The notes beneath the pieces were generated by a model. That model searched no databases. It was not told the origin of the DNA and saw nothing but the letters and a program-made list of their open reading frames with translations. A DNA stretch of 64,000 bases from NCBI GenBank assembly GCA_018335925.1, contig JAGXRF010000060.1, forward strand, positions 16,712 to 80,711. The letters run 5' to 3'. Of the stretch, positions 61,364 through 64,000 are shown piece after piece (the stretch's first letter is position 1; each line of letters begins with the position of its first letter). The translations under genes were made by a program, and so were the position numbers. The DNA comes from Flavobacteriales bacterium. GTDB taxonomy: Bacteria; Bacteroidota; Bacteroidia; Flavobacteriales; Flavobacteriaceae.

Positions 61364-64000
61364 TTATCTTGTATTAATAATTAACTCAATTTCAGTTCCT
61401 ATTTTTTCCTTGCTTTTTACCCTGATCTCTCCATCAATTTCTTTAACCAAATCTTTTACAATACTTAATCCAAGTCCGGTGCCCTTGATGTTCTTTACAT
61501 TGGAAGCTCTAAAAAAAGGTTCAAATATTTGATTGATTTCCAATTCGGGTATTCCAATTCCAAAATCAATTATTCTGAAAACGATTTGATTTTTACTTTT
61601 CTGGACCTTGATAGTTGGTGCTTGTTTCGAATGTTGACTAAACTTAATTGCGTTTTCAATCAAATTTTTTAATATATTAGTTATGTGGTATTTGTTCGTC
61701 TTTATTGTTAAATCCTTTTCGATAAGATGGATTTTAAAATTTTCTTCCTTGTGTTTAGTTTGATGTAAAGTGCTTAAGATTTCAATCAAAAGATGTTGTA
61801 TATTCAATGTCTCCTTTTTTTCGGGGGTTAAATTTTTATGGGAAGGTTCGAAAAATGCGGTGGTAGATACGATTTCGGAAAGGTTTCTTAACTGTTCAGT
61901 GATTTTCTTAGTTTGTTTTAAAATCCCTTCTTTGTTTTCCTTTGGATGGGTATCCTGAGCTATAATATCAATTAAGTCAGATGAGCTTTGTATCGTAGCC
62001 AAAGGAGTTCTCAATTCATGGGAAGTCATGTTAATGAATTTGGTTTTGAGTCTCTTAAGCTCTTCTTCTTTTTCGAGCGTTCGTTTCAATTCTGCCAAAA
62101 CCAATTCCCGGTCGGTCACATCCCTTGAGGCAGCCAAGAAAGAAGAAAGCTCTCCATTTTCGGTGTAAATGGGTTTCCAAAGCATTTCAAGCTTGATTTC
62201 CCTTCCATTTACTCCGTGTTTGATCGGGATTACAAATCGTGGGAATTTGGTAAAATCAGATTCATCATTGGGTTCAAAATTGAAAAACTCAAAAAGGTCC
62301 TTCCCTATAAATTCCTCTGCTTTAAAGCCAGTCACTTTTTCCAGTGATGGAGAAGCATAAATGGTCTTCATACCCAAGTCATGGAGTGTGACTATATCAT
62401 CTATATTCTCTGAGAGCAATCGGTAAAGACTCTCCGACTCTTGTTGGAGCAATTCTGCTTTACGCTTTTCTCTGTTGACATTCAACGAAGCAATCAAGTT
62501 GGCATAGCTTGAGAGAAAGGGCTTCAAAAAATTGACATCCTCTTGGGTGTAAGGCTTTTCTTTGTTTGCCAATCCCACCATACCCACAAATCTCTCACCT
62601 TTAAAAATCGGGATACCCAAAAACCGATGCAGTGTTGGATGCCCGACCGGGGTAGCATGTGGACTTCTTCTCGGATCCTTTTCTACTTCATTGGAAATCA
62701 TGGTTTCCTTATTTACCATCACCCAACCAAAGAGCGAATCGAGATTTCTAAACTCCATTCCAACTCTAAAATTCCGCTGGTAATATTCCTCCACCTCGTC
62801 ATTCCAGGAGATATTACTGATGGCATTAGACTTTAGGTAAGGGTTGCCATTCTCGTCATAGAGCACTTCTCCCAAAAACCCGAAAGAACTGTCGGTAAAT
62901 CCGATCAAACTTTCCAGCAACATGTAGAACGTATCTTGAATTTCGTCATCCATGGAGAAATCAACCTGAGTCTGATTGATTGCCTGGATCACATCATTCA
63001 TCCGGATAAGCTCAAGCTCGCTGAGCTTTCTCTTGTTGATGTTGTAAAACACGATCGCCCTAGCCGTACCCATTTTATAAGGAATGGATTGACTGCTGAT
63101 GCTGTACCACTGAAGCCCTTCTTTGGTATGGAGGAGGATTTCATGGTTGGAAAAATTGGAATTAGATCTCAAAAACTTCTCAAATCCCTCCTGATATTCT
63201 TCCGGAACCAGCTGCTCAATCCAAGTATTTCCAAATGCTGCCCGCTCACCACTTCTGACATGGAAGTTTTCGTGGAAAGAAAAATTATAATAGATCAGCT
63301 TGAAATCCTCTTCCACACTTAGGATAAAGGGGAATGGAAGATTTTCGGTGATGATTCTGAATCGATTTTCGGTTTGCTCGAGTTGGATTTCCTTATTTTT
63401 CTGCTCCGTGATATCCGACATTCTTCCATGGATTCTCAAGGCATTTTTATTGGAATCATACTCGATTCCAGACCTGTCATAAATCCAAATGATTCTGCCT
63501 GAAGGAGTCTGTACCCGATACTCCATTTCAAAATAAGGGAGTCTTTGGGCTACAAATTCGCCATAGGCTTTTTGGACTGCAGCTCGATCCTCTTCCACAA
63601 TTTGCCTGGTCCAAAATTCAGAGTCCTCCAAAAACTGTTCTTTCTTGAACCCAAAACGCTCAATCTTATCCGAAATAATCAACAGACGGCCCGTATCCGC
63701 ATCTAAGGAATAAAGGACATCCTCAACAGTTTCGAAAAGAGACTTAAACTTAGATTCACTTTCTTTGAGCAAGTTGAAATTAAGCTGGCCCTGATGGATG
63801 TCATTGATGGTGCCAAAATATTCCGACCTAACATCTTTCAGAATTCGCTTTACATTGATTCTGATGTAATAAAGCGAACCGTCAGGCTTGATAAATGCTG
63901 TCCTGACGGAGCAGCTTTTTTCCCCGGTAGATTCCAGGGATTCGATTCTACTTTTTAGCTTTTGAGCACCTTCTGATTCCAGAAACTGGGCTATCGGAAG
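61364..64000 (-). CDS. PAS/GAF sensor histidine kinase (5' end outside window)
   Basis: SHELRTPL, NLIENAIKFS, DFGIG, FEPFFR, GTGLGL; frame stays open from 63772 to the window edge. Confidence 0.92.
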   Translation of the reverse strand, partial: LPIAQFLESEGAQKLKSRIESLESTGEKSCSVRTAFIKPDGSLYYIRINVKRILKDVRSEYFGTINDIHQGQLNFNLLKESESKFKSLFETVEDVLYSLDADTGRLLIISDKIERFGFKKEQFLEDSEFWTRQIVEEDRAAVQKAYGEFVAQRLPYFEMEYRVQTPSGRIIWIYDRSGIEYDSNKNALRIHGRMSDITEQKNKEIQLEQTENRFRIITENLPFPFILSVEEDFKLIYYNFSFHENFHVRSGERAAFGNTWIEQLVPEEYQEGFEKFLRSNSNFSNHEILLHTKEGLQWYSISSQSIPYKMGTARAIVFYNINKRKLSELELIRMNDVIQAINQTQVDFSMDDEIQDTFYMLLESLIGFTDSSFGFLGEVLYDENGNPYLKSNAISNISWNDEVEEYYQRNFRVGMEFRNLDSLFGWVMVNKETMISNEVEKDPRRSPHATPVGHPTLHRFLGIPIFKGERFVGMVGLANKEKPYTQEDVNFLKPFLSSYANLIASLNVNREKRKAELLQQESESLYRLLSENIDDIVTLHDLGMKTIYASPSLEKVTGFKAEEFIGKDLFEFFNFEPNDESDFTKFPRFVIPIKHGVNGREIKLEMLWKPIYTENGELSSFLAASRDVTDRELVLAELKRTLEKEEELKRLKTKFINMTSHELRTPLATIQSSSDLIDIIAQDTHPKENKEGILKQTKKITEQLRNLSEIVSTTAFFEPSHKNLTPEKKETLNIQHLLIEILSTLHQTKHKEENFKIHLIEKDLTIKTNKYHITNILKNLIENAIKFSQHSKQAPTIKVQKSKNQIVFRIIDFGIGIPELEINQIFEPFFRASNVKNIKGTGLGLSIVKDLVKEIDGEIRVKSKEKIGTEIELIINTR

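Overview
Bacteroidota DNA (gene content and lack of Shine-Dalgarno motifs suggest a Cyclobacteriaceae/Algoriphagus-like host; inference) almost entirely occupied by one large surface-polysaccharide locus. 1-35 kb is a tightly packed + strand operon: UDP-GlcA/UDP-Xyl, a complete CDP-3,6-dideoxyhexose (tyvelose-type) pathway, Wzx/Wzy, glycosyltransferases, UDP-L-FucNAc (fnlABC), GDP-fucose, three ESDDWG deacetylase-like paralogs (one decayed) and an ACP/FabH/FabG/AcpS acylation module. 35-48 kb is a loosely spaced block in which several long open ORFs are enzyme homologs with eroded catalytic motifs. wzc-wza lie on the - strand, divergent from a lipoprotein / beta-barrel / split YjbH-like / PglF-like / YdcF unit, followed by two-component genes. 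The least explained signals are non-coding: (1) a family of exactly 92-bp tandem units with covarying hairpins and shuffled half-modules (46.2 kb, 48.1-48.5 kb, solo copy at 34.4 kb); (2) long imperfect palindromes next to a GxxExxY nuclease-like gene, also present at 16.0 kb and in frame inside fnlC; (3) 19-24 nt micro-hairpins nested inside both repeat families; (4) heptamer arrays. No rRNA, tRNA, CRISPR array or transposase was seen. All calls are by eye from motifs; no database searches were run.
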